Positions 18,247 to 27,317 are shown, counted from the stretch's first letter. The stretch: 64,000 nt of DNA from an uncultured Clostridia bacterium (GCA_964633415.1 CAZWFY010000003.1:12460-76459); one strand, 5' to 3'. Numbers and translations are program-made. The notes: generated by a model not told the origin, from the sequence alone.

Positions 18247-19237
18247 TCTTCATTCTCCCGGTTTGTTTGTTTCTGTTAAAAAAGATTAGAAAAAGATCTG
18301 GGATGTTTTTAGAGTTGTAAGGATTATTAGGATGTGTTTTATTCATATGGTCCTTTATTTCTCCGATTTTGTCTGATATCCATTTTCTTAATGAATCCGG
18401 TCTAAGTTTAGGAGAAGAATACCTACTGTAAACAGGAGTGATTATTTCAAAAATTTTCCTTTCGTAAAGTGTTGAAAAATCCGAGGACAGAATATCTATA
18501 TCACTCTTACTGCAATTTTCAAAGCAGGCAAGAATTTCATCCTTCGAAGGCTTCTGATTATATTTCATCTTAAGAGTTAAAATGATTTTTGCCTGATTTT
18601 TTCTATAAAGAGAAAGAAGCATTCTCAATTTTTGTAACTCTTCATCTATAATGAGATTTGTAAAACCCTCCTCTCTTTGTCTTCCGGCTATATTGAGAAT
18701 ATTCACTTCTTTTGCTACCTTTTTCTCCTCTTTTTTTTCTTTTCTAAGCATATCTATATATATATTACGTATTGTAACCATAAAGTAGGACGTAAAAGTC
18801 GGATTTTGTTTTTCGCTGAAAGAAAATACTGATTTAAACTTTTCTATTTTATTTTTTAAAACGATCGTTATTATATCATGAACGATATCTTCAACTTCAT
18901 TTTTATTAAAATGTTTTTGTGAAATATATCTCACTATTAGATTTCTGTATAGAAGAACAAGAACATTCGGATGGAATTTTATTAAAGAATTAAGATTTAA
19001 AGCTTTTTTTACATCTTCTTCTTTTACCTTAAAATATTGCCGATTATCATTTTTGTCTTGTTTTTCTTCTTTTTGTTTTGTTATTTTCAGATAAAGTCCG
19101 GATAGTAACGGAACAAGGTCAGGGAAAATAGTGATCGGGAATCTCTCTTCCGGATATAATTGTTCCGTGATTATTTTAATAAGCTTTTCCATGCTATCTT
19201 TCTGATATTTTTTATCCGGATTTTCTGTATTTTTCAT
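18236..19237 (-). CDS. Sigma70/ECF-like RNA polymerase sigma factor, atypically long
   Basis: Region 2-like EVEDIVHDII...FTSYFMVTIRNIYIDMLRK; divergent region 4-like C-terminus; precedes anti-sigma. Confidence 0.72.
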   Translation of the reverse strand: MKNTENPDKKYQKDSMEKLIKIITEQLYPEERFPITIFPDLVPLLSGLYLKITKQKEEKQDKNDNRQYFKVKEEDVKKALNLNSLIKFHPNVLVLLYRNLIVRYISQKHFNKNEVEDIVHDIITIVLKNKIEKFKSVFSFSEKQNPTFTSYFMVTIRNIYIDMLRKEKKEEKKVAKEVNILNIAGRQREEGFTNLIIDEELQKLRMLLSLYRKNQAKIILTLKMKYNQKPSKDEILACFENCSKSDIDILSSDFSTLYERKIFEIITPVYSRYSSPKLRPDSLRKWISDKIGEIKDHMNKTHPNNPYNSKNIPDLFLIFFNRNKQTGRMKNAS

Positions 19238-19399
19238 TTGGGATGATCATTATATCATAATATGCAGATGCATCTAAATCAAAATGAAAAAAAGAGAAGT
19301 TTTATAAAGATTTAATTGCAAAAGTGAAAAGTTTGCTATAGAATTGGATTTGATTTTTTTTATAATGATAAAGCAAATTAATTCCGGAGGTTTTCTGGT

Positions 19400-20698
19400 A
19401 TGAAAAAAGTTTATGTAGGAATGAGTGCGGATATAATCCACACGGGTCATCTAAATATAATTAACGAAGCAAAAAAATATGGAGAAGTTATAGTAGGAGT
19501 TTTAACTGACAAAGCGATTGCATCGTATAAAAGACTCCCGTATTTATCACTGGAAGAGAGAAAGACCATAATAGAAAATATAAAAGGTGTATCAAAAGTC
19601 GTTTTACAGGAAACCCTTGATTATGTTCCCAATTTAAAAAAAATAAAACCCGATTTTGTGGTTCACGGCGATGACTGGAGAACGGGTCCTCAAAGAGAGA
19701 CTAGAGAAAGAGTCCTTGAAACTTTAAAGGAGTGGGGAGGGAAGTTGATCGAACCGGAATATACTCCCGGAATATCTTCTACAATGCTGAATGCAAAGGT
19801 AAGAGAGGTCGGAACCACTCCGGGAATAAGGATAAGAGCCTTAAGACGATTACTTGCAGCAAAAGGAATTGTGAGAATTATGGAAGCTCATAACGGATTA
19901 ACCGGGCTTATAGTGGAAAAGACAAAAATAAAGAAGAATGGAAGTGAAAAAGAGTTCGACGGAATATGGCTAAGCAGTCTGACCGATTCCGTTTCAAAAG
20001 GCAAACCGGATATAGGTTTTGTGGATCTTACCTCCAGAATGAATACTTTGAATAATATTCTGGAAGTGACAACAAAACCGATTATATTTGACGGAGATTC
20101 GGGGGGTCTTTCCGAACATTTCAGCTTTATGGTGAAAACACTGGAGAGAGAGGGCATCTCTGCAGTAATAATCGAGGATAAGGTGGGATCAAAGAGAAAT
20201 TCGCTTTTCGGAACGGAGGTAAAGCAAACTCAGGATTCCATAGAAAATTTTTGTGAAAAAATACGTGCCGGAAAAGAATCGCTTGTAACAAATGATTTTA
20301 TGATAATTGCAAGAATTGAGAGTCTTATTTTAAAGGCGGGAATGGAGGATGCAATAAAGAGAGCCGAAGCTTATATCGAAGCCGGTGCCGATGCAATAAT
20401 GATACATAGTAAAGAGAAGAGAGCCGACGAGATTCTGGAATTCTGTAGAAGATATAAGAAAATAAAGAACAATGTCCCGCTTGTTGTCGTTCCGAGTACA
20501 TATTCACATATAACCGAGGAAGAACTTGGAAAAGAAGGAGTAAGAATTGTAATTTACGCCAATCAGTTGCTGAGAAGCAGTTATCCTGTTATGAAAAAGG
20601 TCGCTGAATCAATTCTTGAGCATGGAAGAGCGAAGGAATGCGATGAGATGTGTATATCGATAAAAGATATCTTAACACTTATTCCAGGGAGCAAATAG
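19400..20698 (+). CDS. pepM: Phosphoenolpyruvate mutase with N-terminal cytidylyltransferase domain
   Basis: N-terminal HxGH (HTGH) nucleotidyltransferase; PepM signature EDKxxxxxNS ([10 protein letters not shown]), EAHNGL, DGDSG, ARIESL. Confidence 0.97.
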   Translation: MKKVYVGMSADIIHTGHLNIINEAKKYGEVIVGVLTDKAIASYKRLPYLSLEERKTIIENIKGVSKVVLQETLDYVPNLKKIKPDFVVHGDDWRTGPQRETRERVLETLKEWGGKLIEPEYTPGISSTMLNAKVREVGTTPGIRIRALRRLLAAKGIVRIMEAHNGLTGLIVEKTKIKKNGSEKEFDGIWLSSLTDSVSKGKPDIGFVDLTSRMNTLNNILEVTTKPIIFDGDSGGLSEHFSFMVKTLEREGISAVIIEDKVGSKRNSLFGTEVKQTQDSIENFCEKIRAGKESLVTNDFMIIARIESLILKAGMEDAIKRAEAYIEAGADAIMIHSKEKRADEILEFCRRYKKIKNNVPLVVVPSTYSHITEEELGKEGVRIVIYANQLLRSSYPVMKKVAESILEHGRAKECDEMCISIKDILTLIPGSK

Positions 20699-20700
20699 TA

Positions 20701-21798
20701 ATGGATCCAAAAAATTTTGTTGATGAAATAATAAAAAAAGGTTTCAACCCTTTTATGGGAGTTCCCTGTTCCGTTTTCACTTCGCTTTTAAACTATATTA
20801 ACGACAGTGCAAATACGGAAAATTATATATGTACATCGGAAGGAGAAGCGATGGGACTTGCGGGAGGATTCGCTTTGTCGGGAAAATATCCTGTTGTCTA
20901 TATGCAAAACGACGGTTACGGAAATGCTGTGAATCCTTTATCGTCACTTCAACTGCTTTATGATCTTCCTGCTCTTTTGTTGATTTCGTGGAGAGGATTC
21001 CCCGGAAAGAAAGATGCGCCTCAACATATGCTGATGGGAAAAACGATCGTTGAATTCCTTGAAATTTTTAAAATCCCTTATAAAATCCTTTCTGAAACAG
21101 ACGAAGATCTGAGAGAAATCTTAAACGAAGCTTCGGAATATTGTAAGAAGGAGAGCAAACCATTTGCGTTGATAGTGAAAAAGGGATATTTCTCTGAATA
21201 TTTAAGTGAAAGAACAGATAAAAAGAATCTGTTACCCATAAGGATTGAATACCTTAATGCATTAAAATCGGAATTGAAGAAAGATGATATTCTGTTAGGT
21301 ACAACCGGATTTACCGGACGTGAACTATATCAATCTATAGAGCATCCCGGTAAATTTTATATGACCGGATCAATGGGTTGTCTTGCATCTTTAGGACTTG
21401 GGATTGCAACCGAGAACCGGGGGAAAAGGATATTCCTTCTTGATGGTGACGGAGCTGTACTTATGAAGATGGGAAGCCTTGCTACAATCGGACACTATTC
21501 TCCTAAAAATTTCATTCATATATGCTTTGATAATTCTGCATACGAATCTACCGGAAGTCAGCCCACGGTTTCTTCGGGAACCGACCTGTGTAAAGTTGCG
21601 GAAGCAAGCGGATACAAATATACGTTAACTGTAACCGGTATCGAACAATTCAAAGAGATAGTAAAAAGTATCGACAAGTTGGAAAAACCGATGTTTTTAA
21701 GAGTTATGATACGTCCCGGAACTATAAACGGTTTGCAAAGACCATCCGATACACCTTTGCAAATGAAAGAAAAATTCAGAGATTTTATAAGAAGGTGA
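20701..21798 (+). CDS. ppd: Phosphonopyruvate decarboxylase
   Basis: GVPCS, EGEAMGLAGG, QNDGYGNAVNPL, HPGKFYMTGSMG, ThDP motif DGDGAVLM...DN. ATG 20701 follows the pepM stop (ORF track starts at 20650). Confidence 0.95.
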   Translation: MDPKNFVDEIIKKGFNPFMGVPCSVFTSLLNYINDSANTENYICTSEGEAMGLAGGFALSGKYPVVYMQNDGYGNAVNPLSSLQLLYDLPALLLISWRGFPGKKDAPQHMLMGKTIVEFLEIFKIPYKILSETDEDLREILNEASEYCKKESKPFALIVKKGYFSEYLSERTDKKNLLPIRIEYLNALKSELKKDDILLGTTGFTGRELYQSIEHPGKFYMTGSMGCLASLGLGIATENRGKRIFLLDGDGAVLMKMGSLATIGHYSPKNFIHICFDNSAYESTGSQPTVSSGTDLCKVAEASGYKYTLTVTGIEQFKEIVKSIDKLEKPMFLRVMIRPGTINGLQRPSDTPLQMKEKFRDFIRR

Positions 21799-22910
21799 GG
21801 TTGGAATATTTCAATCCGGTAAAAATACTTTTTGAAAATTTAAACTCAAAAAAAATGTCTGATATTTCCGGAAAAGGGAAGAGAAGGCTGATATTCTGTT
21901 ACGGAGGTTTTAAGGAGACTCCGGAATTATCGGCTTTTACAAAAGACAGCAAAAATGATTATATATATGGCGAAATTGAGAAGAACCCCTCTTTGGATAG
22001 TATTGACAGAGCTCTTAAGTTTGCAAGAGAGATCAAACCGGAAGTGATAATTGCAATCGGAGGCGGGTCGGTTATCGATACAGCTAAAGTCGTAAGATTC
22101 GGATGTCATTCCGATATATTTGATTCTTCCGAACTCATAGCTTTATCGAAGAACAGTGATTTGTCCACCGTTAAAAAACCGGTTTTTATAGCAATACCTA
22201 CTACACACGGGACAGGGTCGGAACTGACAATGTGGGCGACTGTTTGGGATAAAAAGAACAAAAAAAAACACTCGATTTCAAATAAAGATAATTATCCTGA
22301 TTTTGCCGTATATGATTTCGGACTTTTTTACTCTATCCCGTTAGAGGTTTCTATCTCATCTACTCTTGATGCATTATCACACTCATTTGAAGCGATATGG
22401 AATATCAACTCCAATCCTGTATCGGATCGTTTTGCATATGAAAGCATAAGATTGATTGCTGAAAATATCGGAAAGCTTAGCAGGATTACTCCGAAGGCGG
22501 TAAGGAAAGAATTGGTGTTATCCTCAATGTATGCGGGGTTGGCTTTCTCAAATACTAAAACAGCCGCTGCTCATTCGATAAGCTATCCGTTAACTCTGGA
22601 ATATGGAATTCCTCATGGAATAGCCTGCTCCATGCCACTTTTCCCTCTGCTTAAAATTAACGGGAGTAAAATCAAAGATAAGCTTTATGAACTTTTTAAA
22701 TGCACAAATTTAAACACTCCTGAAGAGTTGGAGGAGAGAATAAAGAGATCTATTGCAAACAGAGTGAATTTTTCGTTGAGAGATTACGGAGTGAAAGAGA
22801 AAGATCTGATTAACCTTGCTGAAAAATCTTTTACGAAAGAGAGAATGGCAAACAATATCGTTGAATTGACAAATAAAGATGTGTTTGAAATATTAAAGAG
22901 TATCTATTGA
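21795..22910 (+). CDS. Iron-containing alcohol dehydrogenase, probable phosphonoacetaldehyde reductase (gives 2-hydroxyethylphosphonate)
   Basis: GGGSVID, IPTTHGTGSE, DALSH, AHSISYPL, HG metal ligands; GTG start coupled to the ppd stop. Substrate inferred from context. Confidence 0.88.
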   Translation: MRLEYFNPVKILFENLNSKKMSDISGKGKRRLIFCYGGFKETPELSAFTKDSKNDYIYGEIEKNPSLDSIDRALKFAREIKPEVIIAIGGGSVIDTAKVVRFGCHSDIFDSSELIALSKNSDLSTVKKPVFIAIPTTHGTGSELTMWATVWDKKNKKKHSISNKDNYPDFAVYDFGLFYSIPLEVSISSTLDALSHSFEAIWNINSNPVSDRFAYESIRLIAENIGKLSRITPKAVRKELVLSSMYAGLAFSNTKTAAAHSISYPLTLEYGIPHGIACSMPLFPLLKINGSKIKDKLYELFKCTNLNTPEELEERIKRSIANRVNFSLRDYGVKEKDLINLAEKSFTKERMANNIVELTNKDVFEILKSIY

Positions 22911-22919
22911 GGGTTTTAA

Positions 22920-23609
22920 ATGAACAGTAGCAAAAAAAAACGGCTAAAAAATAGTGAATACGATTATAAAAAGTCTTTAAAAAGCGACGGATCCGACGGA
23001 AAAATTTCCAAATATTTGAATGTTGAAAAATATATTAATCGTCCTCTTGCTTCTCTTGTCGTGAAAATGGTTTTCAATACTAAAATAACTCCGAATCAGA
23101 TAACGCTTTTTTCCTTTTTTATAGGATTACTTGGAGCAGTCTGTTTTTCAGTCGGTAGCTATTCCTATGTTATTACAGGTGGGATTTTGATTCAGATTGC
23201 ATCGGTTTTTGATTGTTCCGACGGGATGCTCGCCCGTTCAAGAGGAGGAGGAACAATATTCGGAAAGTATCTGGATCTTTTCCTGGATAGAGTATCGGAT
23301 TTTATCATATTCTTCGGTGTTATTGCAGGTGTTTTCAGGGTTACTGGAAATTTCGAATTTTTGATTCTCGGGCTTTTTACTATTGGACTTTATATGCTTC
23401 AAGTTAACCTATTCTATATAAATAACCTTCTTGAGAAAAAGGGAACCGGAGAAACAGGGGAATTCAGAGCATTGGGTTTTTTTATATTAATGCTCCTTTC
23501 CATATTTAATAGAGTTGATATTTTTATTTATCTCTTGTCCGTTGAAGTAGTCTTAAATCTTATATTCAGGATATTGTATTTTCTTAAAACCGGAAGAGAA
23601 CTTGACTGA
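22920..23609 (+). CDS. CDP-alcohol phosphotransferase family protein
   Basis: Full motif DGxxAR-x8-G-x3-D-x3-D (DGMLARSRGGGTIFGKYLDLFLD); TPNQIT helix; multiple TMs. Confidence 0.92.
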   Translation: MNSSKKKRLKNSEYDYKKSLKSDGSDGKISKYLNVEKYINRPLASLVVKMVFNTKITPNQITLFSFFIGLLGAVCFSVGSYSYVITGGILIQIASVFDCSDGMLARSRGGGTIFGKYLDLFLDRVSDFIIFFGVIAGVFRVTGNFEFLILGLFTIGLYMLQVNLFYINNLLEKKGTGETGEFRALGFFILMLLSIFNRVDIFIYLLSVEVVLNLIFRILYFLKTGRELD

Positions 23610-23622
23610 ATCCGTTCATCTT

Positions 23623-25485
23623 TTAGTTGTTTAAATCAATCCCCAATTTTTTTAGTGTTCCTTTATCCGGGATTCCATTTCCATTGTAACCTCTTAATCT
23701 ATAATATTTTTTCAGCATTTTTGTTAGAGGGAATTTTTTTGTTTTTCCTTTTTTCTTATTCATTAATAACAACTTATCCGGCAGAGTGTCGTGGGAGGAA
23801 TTAACTCCTTCCCTGCAGTTCATATATCTTTCAAGAATGTGAATTCTTTTTCCCGCTCTTAAAAATTCTCTGTTTGATAATTTAATTCCCGTTACCGATG
23901 TGAACAAACCGGAATAGATTGAAAAATCAAGAAACGGTTTGGATAATCCCGGTAACAGCGTCATAACGATTTTCAGCAATAGTTTAGGTAAATATCTCAA
24001 TCTTAATGATTCGAGTATATAGGGATAGAATGTAAATAAGCAGGTGTGAATGGAATTGATTGATGAGATAATATTTTCAAAGAGAAAAACATATTTGGCT
24101 TTATTAAGTGTTGAGTTTTTTGGAATAAAACCGAGAGTTGTCTCAAGGGAAAAAATTGCAGATGAGAGATGACAGCCCCCTCTGTTTGCGACTGCATAAT
24201 TTAATCCCATACCCAAACTTCCCCTCGGATCATATCCGGCGACCTCAAGCCCTTTAACCTGAATTGCAAACTCTTTTCCGCCGTATTTTTCCGAGAGTTT
24301 TTTGCTCCCCATGGCGAGTTCCGCTCCGAAATTTCTTCTATATGCAATATCATAAAGTGTTTCGGAAATATTTTCAGAATTGCCGAATTTTAACGGGGAG
24401 TCGATAATTCCTTGTCCGGATGCTTCCATTGCATAAGCTATAGTACCTCCGGTTGATATCGTATCCAATCCCATTTCGGAACATATGTCATTCCATATCG
24501 CAATTGATTCCATATCAAATATCCCTATGTTGGATCCGAGAAGGACAGCAGATTCATATTCCGGTATTTTCATCTCTTTTCCGTTAAAATCCCCTTTGTG
24601 TCCACATAAGATTGAACAGTTTTTGCAGCTTTGATGTTTTGTTTTGAATTTTTTACTTATATATTCCCCTGATAGTTGTTCAGCTTTTTCACTGGTTCCT
24701 GAGGAAAAGTTATTAACCGGTAGTATTCCGGCTCTATTGTTTGATTTCACATACATTAACGTTCCGAATTTATTATATGCAGTTCCCGTATAATAGTTTC
24801 TCTTTATATATTGGAAACCCCTTTTTACAATTTTTTTAAAGGTTTTTTTATCGACAGGGTTAATGGAAAATTCATCTCCTTCAGCGACAATACCTTTGAT
24901 TTTTTTTGATCCGAGAACTGCACCGAGTCCTCCTCTTCCGAGAAATCTGTCATCTGAAGCAATATTTGCAAAATTGACGAGATTTTCTCCTGCAGGTCCT
25001 ATGACCATAGAGCCTTTCCCGTATTTTTGTAATAAACCGGAAGTATCACTTGTTGTCTTTCCCCATAGCTTTTTTGCATTTCGGAATTCTACGCCTGAAG
25101 AATCAATTCTTAAAAAGATAGGTTCTTCAGATCTTCCGGTAATTATCAGTCCATCCCATCCGGATGTTTTAAGTGCGTTTCCGAAAGAACCTCCGCAGGA
25201 AGAGTGGGTGATTATTCCTGTCAGGGGAGATTTGGAAACGGCTGAAAATCTTGCTGAATTCGGAGCTCCGGTTCCTATCAGGATTCCGGTTGCAATGATA
25301 AAAATGTTTTCACTACTTAACGGGTCAATTCCGGGTTTTAATCGTTCATAGAGTAATTTTAGTGCAAGACCTTTGCCGCCTAAAAATTTTTTCCTCTCAT
25401 CTTTTGAGATCAAGATTTCTTTATATATCTTTTTAGTTAAGTTTATTTCAATAAATCTGTTTGAAGTTCCTATTATCTCTTTCAC
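23623..25485 (-). CDS. aor: Tungsten-type aldehyde:ferredoxin oxidoreductase family protein
   Basis: FLGGKGLA, SKSPLTG, GRGGLGAVLGSK, CxxCxxxC (CKNCSILC), GLDTISTG, YDPRG, NRGGCH, YYRLRG. Confidence 0.92.
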   Translation of the reverse strand: MKEIIGTSNRFIEINLTKKIYKEILISKDERKKFLGGKGLALKLLYERLKPGIDPLSSENIFIIATGILIGTGAPNSARFSAVSKSPLTGIITHSSCGGSFGNALKTSGWDGLIITGRSEEPIFLRIDSSGVEFRNAKKLWGKTTSDTSGLLQKYGKGSMVIGPAGENLVNFANIASDDRFLGRGGLGAVLGSKKIKGIVAEGDEFSINPVDKKTFKKIVKRGFQYIKRNYYTGTAYNKFGTLMYVKSNNRAGILPVNNFSSGTSEKAEQLSGEYISKKFKTKHQSCKNCSILCGHKGDFNGKEMKIPEYESAVLLGSNIGIFDMESIAIWNDICSEMGLDTISTGGTIAYAMEASGQGIIDSPLKFGNSENISETLYDIAYRRNFGAELAMGSKKLSEKYGGKEFAIQVKGLEVAGYDPRGSLGMGLNYAVANRGGCHLSSAIFSLETTLGFIPKNSTLNKAKYVFLFENIISSINSIHTCLFTFYPYILESLRLRYLPKLLLKIVMTLLPGLSKPFLDFSIYSGLFTSVTGIKLSNREFLRAGKRIHILERYMNCREGVNSSHDTLPDKLLLMNKKKGKTKKFPLTKMLKKYYRLRGYNGNGIPDKGTLKKLGIDLNN

Positions 25486-27077
25486 TGTTTTTCAGTTTTT
25501 TTTGGAATATAACTCATAACTCTTTCTGCCATTGCAGTAATTGTAAGGCTTGGATTGACTCCGAGATTTGCGGGGATTGATGATCCGTCGATCACATACA
25601 TATTTTCATAACCGAAAACCTTATGATATTTATCAATAACACCTTCGCCGGCATCTTTTCCCATGGGGCATCCTCCGATAAGGTGTGCGGAGACCGGAGA
25701 ATTGAACAATATTTCGGTTACGGCACTCTGAGGAATTCCGTCAATTTTTTTTGCCATTTCTCTTGCTGCATCATTTGCGACCTGAATGTAAGCCGGGATC
25801 TTTTTTTCTCCCGTTATTGATGTTAAAACTTTTTTAAAAGGAAACAGCAGTCTTCTTTTTTTTGTGAGCCTTATTTTATTATCCGTAGTCTGCATCACGA
25901 GAAGAATTGTGGAAAGTTCCGCCCATCTATATGGGATTGATATTTTTAAAAACCTTAAAGGATGGATGATTATATCTTTTATCAGTTTAAAAAATCGTGG
26001 AACTTTTCCGGTCTTATCTACAAGAAGAGTTGTAAGAAAGTTCATTGCACTTGAGCCCTTAGGATATCGGACAACTTCTATATGAGTGGAGTCATTGACA
26101 TAAACCCCGGAAGTTATCGAAACGCCTTCGACTTTAAATCCTTTTCTTCTGTTTGCTGTGATTCCCGTCATAACTTCACTATTGGTTCTCGCACTGAAGC
26201 CGACTTTTTCAGATAATTTTTTCAAATATTCTTTTTCTTTACATTTAAGAAGAAGTTCATTGGTTCCCAAAGCACCTGCTGAAAATATGATACCTTTGGA
26301 GATAAATTTTTTCTTTTTATGCAAAGTTGCGATCCCGGTAACTTTTTTTGCCGAAATGCTGTAAGTTCCGTCACTATTCTGTGTGACCGATAATACTTTG
26401 TGCTGAGGAAGTATTTCCAGACCACGGTTCTCAGCGAGCCAGAGATAGTTTTTATCAAGACTGTTTTTCCCGTCGTCTCTGCATCCGACCATACAGTGCC
26501 CTGTTTTTGTGCAGCCTGTTCTTTCCGGTCCCTCTCCGTTGAAAAACGGATCCGGAACCTTTTTGCCGGGTTCACCGAAGAAGACTCCGACATCAGTGTT
26601 TTTAAAAAACTTTTCTCTTCCTATCTCTTTAGAATATTCGTATAACAGTTTATCTGCATCTGTCATTCCACTGTTTTTTGTTACTCCGAGCATCCTTTTT
26701 GCAGTATTATAGTGTGGGATAAGCTCCTTTTTCCAATCTTTATCAAGAGAGATCCACGATGGATCCGTGAAAAAGGGGTCGGGCGGGACGAGTAACGTAT
26801 TTGCATATACGAGGCTCCCGCCGCCGACTCCGCTCCCTGCTAGTATAAGGACATTTTTTAACGGTTGGATCCTTAATATCCCGTATAATCCGATTGCAGG
26901 AGCCCAGAGGAATTTACGAAGATTCCAGTTGGTTTTCGGGAAATTTTTTGGACGATATCTTTTTCCGCTCTCTATCATTAAGACCGAATAGCCTTTCTCA
27001 ACAAGTCTTAAAGCCGAAACACTTCCACCGAAACCCGAACCGATAATGATGTAGTCATAACTATTTGAATTTTCCAT
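25482..27077 (-). CDS. GMC-family FAD oxidoreductase (cholesterol oxidase ChoD-like)
   Basis: IIIGSGFGGSV FAD loop, GSGVGGGSLVYAN, HLIGGCPMG, GVNPSLTITAMAER. Confidence 0.9.
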   Translation of the reverse strand: MENSNSYDYIIIGSGFGGSVSALRLVEKGYSVLMIESGKRYRPKNFPKTNWNLRKFLWAPAIGLYGILRIQPLKNVLILAGSGVGGGSLVYANTLLVPPDPFFTDPSWISLDKDWKKELIPHYNTAKRMLGVTKNSGMTDADKLLYEYSKEIGREKFFKNTDVGVFFGEPGKKVPDPFFNGEGPERTGCTKTGHCMVGCRDDGKNSLDKNYLWLAENRGLEILPQHKVLSVTQNSDGTYSISAKKVTGIATLHKKKKFISKGIIFSAGALGTNELLLKCKEKEYLKKLSEKVGFSARTNSEVMTGITANRRKGFKVEGVSITSGVYVNDSTHIEVVRYPKGSSAMNFLTTLLVDKTGKVPRFFKLIKDIIIHPLRFLKISIPYRWAELSTILLVMQTTDNKIRLTKKRRLLFPFKKVLTSITGEKKIPAYIQVANDAAREMAKKIDGIPQSAVTEILFNSPVSAHLIGGCPMGKDAGEGVIDKYHKVFGYENMYVIDGSSIPANLGVNPSLTITAMAERVMSYIPKKTEKQ

Positions 27078-27160
27078 ATTGTTAATATAGAAAATACCAC
27101 ATATGCATTTTTTTTTCTAAAAAAAAAGAGCTTTCAGTCTATATTAAGTACTTACAGGGA

Positions 27161-27264
27161 TTGTCATTTGTAGTCATTAGTTCACTTCGTGAACGTCATT
27201 AAGAATTTACGGAGCTTGTCATTTTAATTAAGAATTTAGAATTCAAAATTGAGAATTTATAATT
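27161..27264. repeat. Degenerate heptanucleotide tandem repeats with a small hairpin
   Basis: GTCATT x4; hairpin GTTCAC-TTC-GTGAAC (27180-27194); AAGAATT TAGAATT CAAAATT GAGAATT TATAATT in 7-nt register. Confidence 0.7.
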
Positions 27265-27317
27265 CCTCTAAGTTAAAGGAATTGGGTTTCCCTAACCCTA
27301 TAGCTGATAACTGTACA

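Noticed and set aside
14676-19237. Type III-E CRISPR (Craspase) locus
   Set aside because: No Cas7-11, other cas genes or repeat-spacer array in the window, and the CHAT protein has an export signal. Kept only as a mechanistic analogy.
19400-23609. Aminoethylphosphonate pathway or phosphonate antibiotic cluster
   Set aside because: No PLP aminotransferase, radical-SAM, NRPS/ATP-grasp, exporter or resistance gene; the terminal enzyme is a membrane phosphotransferase.
27161-27264. CRISPR array or IS terminal repeat
   Set aside because: Units are 6-7 nt with no unique spacers; no transposase or clear target duplication.
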